Below are positions 60,876 through 64,000 of a stretch of 64,000 bases of DNA, piece after piece. Where the stretch lies: contig CM119383.1 in NCBI GenBank assembly GCA_051294905.1, positions 2,852,001 to 2,916,000 of the forward strand, given 5' to 3'. Each line of letters starts with the position of its first letter. Positions within the stretch are counted from its first letter, which is position 1. Origin of the DNA: Botryllus schlosseri. Its lineage: Eukaryota. The notes below the pieces were generated by a model. That model saw only the letters and a program-made list of their open reading frames with translations, searched no databases and was not told the DNA's origin. The position numbers and the translations under genes are program-made.

Positions 60876-62345
60876 TGGTATGTAGGCTACTGCATAGGCC
60901 TGCTTCTCGCCAAACACCAACAGACAAATTGCGTTGAACTATAAGCATAACCTTTAACGAAACATCAATATTACCATTTGCAACTAGGCAGAATGGTGAT
61001 TATTATCCTGCTGCGAGGTAGTGGCGTCTAGAGTGTTGCGAAAACAAGATATGTCGCGCGGCAGGTGTTCTTACAATCACACTACAATGTAAGTCGATTA
61101 TCTATTTACATACAATGTGTGGAAGTGGATACTTCTTACGCAATCATGAGCGAAGCTAGTACTTCTGACGTAATAATGAGCAGTGGTGTTTATAAATCAG
61201 ACGTTCGTGCTATCATTAACCTGGTATAATGTCTTTTCCTTGTTCGCGAATGTTGAGTTTATGTCATAGTCCTTGTACTAATAAAAAGTAATCGCTCTTT
61301 CACAAAGAAATCGATTAGATATGGGAAGTAGTCGATTACGATTACGATTACTTCGGAATTTTTTCGAATGTAATCGATTGCGATTACGATTACTTGAAAA
61401 TGCTGTAATCGTCGTAATCGATTACGATTACTAATCGCGATTACCCCATGTCTGACTATCATATACATCCCATGATGCGGACGAATGCTTATGCTGTCGA
61501 ATATTGGATACTTCCTGGTATGTATCAATAAGAATCAAGCTCTGCAACTTTGGCGTAGCTCAAGTTGCACCTTTTGACACTCCATGTGAACGAATTACGA
61601 TCGTTTTCACAACTACTTACTTACCTGAGTAGATTTAAAGTTAGTCAATTCTACTTCTACTTCAAGTGGTTTTAGGTTGCTCATGGAAGTACTTCTACTG
61701 GTACTTGAGTAGATTTTTTCGTCGCTACTTCTACTTCTACTTGAGTAGTTTTCTTGACTACTTTGACCACCTCTGGTGTTAGTCCATAGCTAACTGAGAG
61801 TTTACATCAATACCACGGTTAGGCCAAGTCAGCAAAGTTGTTGTTATAGATAAAAAGATATATCGAATGCGTACAACTATATATATTCGCCAAACAAAGT
61901 GTTATTGTCACGCCGGAATTGAGTCTAAAGTAACATCAAAAATACTGGGAGTAGAATATTTCGGATCGCTTCCGAGGCGCAGTTTAAAATTATCAATATA
62001 TTGCACTTAGCGAATACATCCATTTGTACAGTGCAGCTCGATTATTCTATTCGAACCGCATTCACGCCTCAGACACTAGGCGATAGGTAGCTTATATGCG
62101 AATATAACTAGATGACAGGATCAAGACTGAATGGTTGGGAAGCGCCTTCTTCCTTCCTTGATGCTCTGAAACAAAATATATGTTCTGTGGATCCATTCTA
62201 GCGGATCGAGACGACACACGGCACGGCGATTGTCGTTGTTTATTTAAAGGAACTATTAGCTGCTTGTCGCCTGGCGGTCCTCAGAATGTACCTTTGCATA
62301 ACTCATAGCTGTTGAAGGGACAAGCGCAAATGCGCATGCGCACTC

Positions 62346-63368
62346 TCATTGACATGGTTCAGCGGGTTCGTTATGCAAATGTGCGTTTCGAGACCTTTGA
62401 CATAGGTGGGTATCTGGGCAGCTTAACAGTCTCGAAGCGGATAGTGAGCCAAGACAAGAAATGTTTAAACACACTGGGAGATAAGCGTTAAGAGTAGTAT
62501 ACACAAACCTTTTCTTTAGGCAATACGAAGTTATGAACACGACGAGCACTATCAACGCAGCTCCCAACATTGAAGACAAGATGATAGAACCGATTTCTCC
62601 TTCTGTAAGTCCCGTGGCTGAAAATAAACCTTTTATCGCCTGCTGAAGTATTCCATCTCAAGATTCTAAACCCGAATTCAGTTTCGCAAATCCCAAGTCC
62701 TAATCCGTGCTCTTGTTATATGTGATGCTAATTTCACATCCTACGATTTTCAACAACACATTTAAAATGACACAACCGAATAACATTAGATCTAGAAAAT
62801 AATATCTTCCGATTTCAATGTGTGATCGTGATACCTCATACCTACACAAGATACTCCATCACCAACATGTCCCGACTTGCAATGGCATTCGTACGCCCCG
62901 ATGGTGTTGGAGCATATTGCGTCAAAATGACAGTAATTTAGCCCACTGGTGCACTCATCTTCATCTGTGAATATATACAATATACATATAAACGGCCGTC
63001 AACACGCATCAAGATCGCCAATACACAGATACAATCATTTCCAGAACGAATAAAACCCCCATCACAATTGCAATGGTACGAGCCTGCTGTGTTGCTGGAT
63101 GTTGCATTGGTATGCCACCCGTATAGGTCAGCAAAGCACTCGTGTTTATCTGTGGATTGTCAAACAAACCAAAAGACTATTCCGATACTGTCCGGTCACA
63201 TTGCTTTAGTCTGACATGAATATTTCTATTTTGGTTTACCTGTACACGGTCCATCGTCTCCTCCATAGTAACCATCGAAGCATTCACATTTAAAATTTGT
63301 CCCAGTTCTAATACATATTCCAGTGTCGACGCAAGGATCAGTAGGCGAATCAATACAAGCATCGATAA
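62346..63368 (-). CDS. C-terminal part of a single-pass EGF-repeat membrane protein, 5'-partial
   Basis: Exons 63368-63240 (IDACIDSPTDPCVDTGICIRTGTNFKCECFDGYYGGDDGPCT, EGF), 62964-62842 (DEDECTSGLNYCHFDAICSNTIGAYECHCKSGHVGDGVSCV, calcium-binding EGF), 62617-62509 (TM: IGSIILSSMLGAALIVLVVFITSYCLKKR). The last exon (~62430-62346) has an uncertain acceptor and frame. Confidence 0.85.
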
Positions 63369-63678
63369 CTGGAAAGGTACATTAAAATCAACTCACTAGC
63401 CGCAGGGGCGGGCAACATACGGCCCGCGGGCCGGATCCGGCCCGCGGACAGTTTCTGGTCTTAGTTGATAATCTGGCCCGCCGGCCGGTGTCCGGTCAAT
63501 ACCGAGAAAGCCATTACCGAGAATGGACACCACCGAGAATGCAATGTATGCAATGCAGGCAAGTTATGCATATATACAGGTCGTGTGCATGTGCAGTGCA
63601 TGACGGCTTTGCCACATTCGGTGTGGATTCTCAGATATAAATTTCTCGACAACGCCTTCTCAGTAAGTTCGATTCTTG

Positions 63679-63960
63679 TAGGGTTACCATACGTCCTCCT
63701 TTTTCAGGTTTTTCAAAATGTCCTCCGAGGACGCCCAAATGTCCTCTTTTTTGAGAATTTTGGTTTAATATAGGGCAAAATTCGACTGAGATACAGTAAA
63801 TCAGCACTGAAGGAACGCTCCGGCGGCTATTACGGGAGCTGAGCCGGAAAGTTGACCTTTTTTTAGTCTACCGACCACGAAGCGGGGAAAATTTACCATT
63901 TTTCAAAATTTTCCTCCGGTATTCTAAGTTTGAAAATTTTGAAAAAGTAGAACCGCGGCC
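63679..63960 (+). mobile_element. MITE family G, partial
   Basis: Begins tagggttaccatacgtcc and is collinear with 15331-15700. No right TIR seen. Confidence 0.7.
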
Positions 63961-64000
63961 CTAGTCTGCCGAGATTCCCCACCACTTCTCGGCAGACTAG

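Larger units (their letters stand above)
58012..61454. mobile_element. Second-level nested element
   Basis: TIR cagacatggggt at both ends, with (cgatta)n arrays at 58020-58170 and mirrored at 61330-61445. No intact TSD. Confidence 0.75.
57040..61775 (+). mobile_element. Outer element (family H) of a four-level nested stack
   Basis: TIR gggaggtggtca vs cagaggtggtca. Perfect TSD gtgttagt (57032-57039, 61776-61783). ctacttctactt subterminal arrays at both ends. Confidence 0.85.

Noticed and set aside
1-64000. tRNA, rRNA, snRNA or SINE genes
   Set aside because: No convincing cloverleaf, A/B-box pair or rRNA-like sequence seen by eye. tRNAscan-SE and Infernal would be needed to exclude them.

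Overview
AT-rich, intron-containing eukaryotic DNA. Very short GT-AG introns, dense MITEs and the gene content suggest a marine invertebrate deuterostome, probably an ascidian (inference). The six-frame ORF track is mostly noise, so I rebuilt genes by hand from splice sites and phase continuity. Four genes: (1) an uncharacterised EF-hand protein, minus strand, running off the left edge; (2) a complete 13-coding-exon G6PD, minus, ~523 aa; (3) a complete 20-coding-exon adhesion GPCR, plus, ~1362 aa, with SP-EGF-FN3x2-CUB-like-EGF-FN3x4-short GAIN/atypical GPS-7TM; (4) the 3' end of a single-pass EGF-repeat membrane protein, minus, entering from the right edge. Introns and intergenic DNA hold many non-autonomous hAT-type elements with 8-bp TSDs, including two multi-level nested stacks, a shared-TSD tandem insertion and ~41-43 bp hairpin micro-elements. 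There are also LINE and Penelope fragments and two local duplications. I found no rRNA, tRNA, CRISPR array or intact transposase. All coordinates were counted by hand; element edges without a TSD are approximate.
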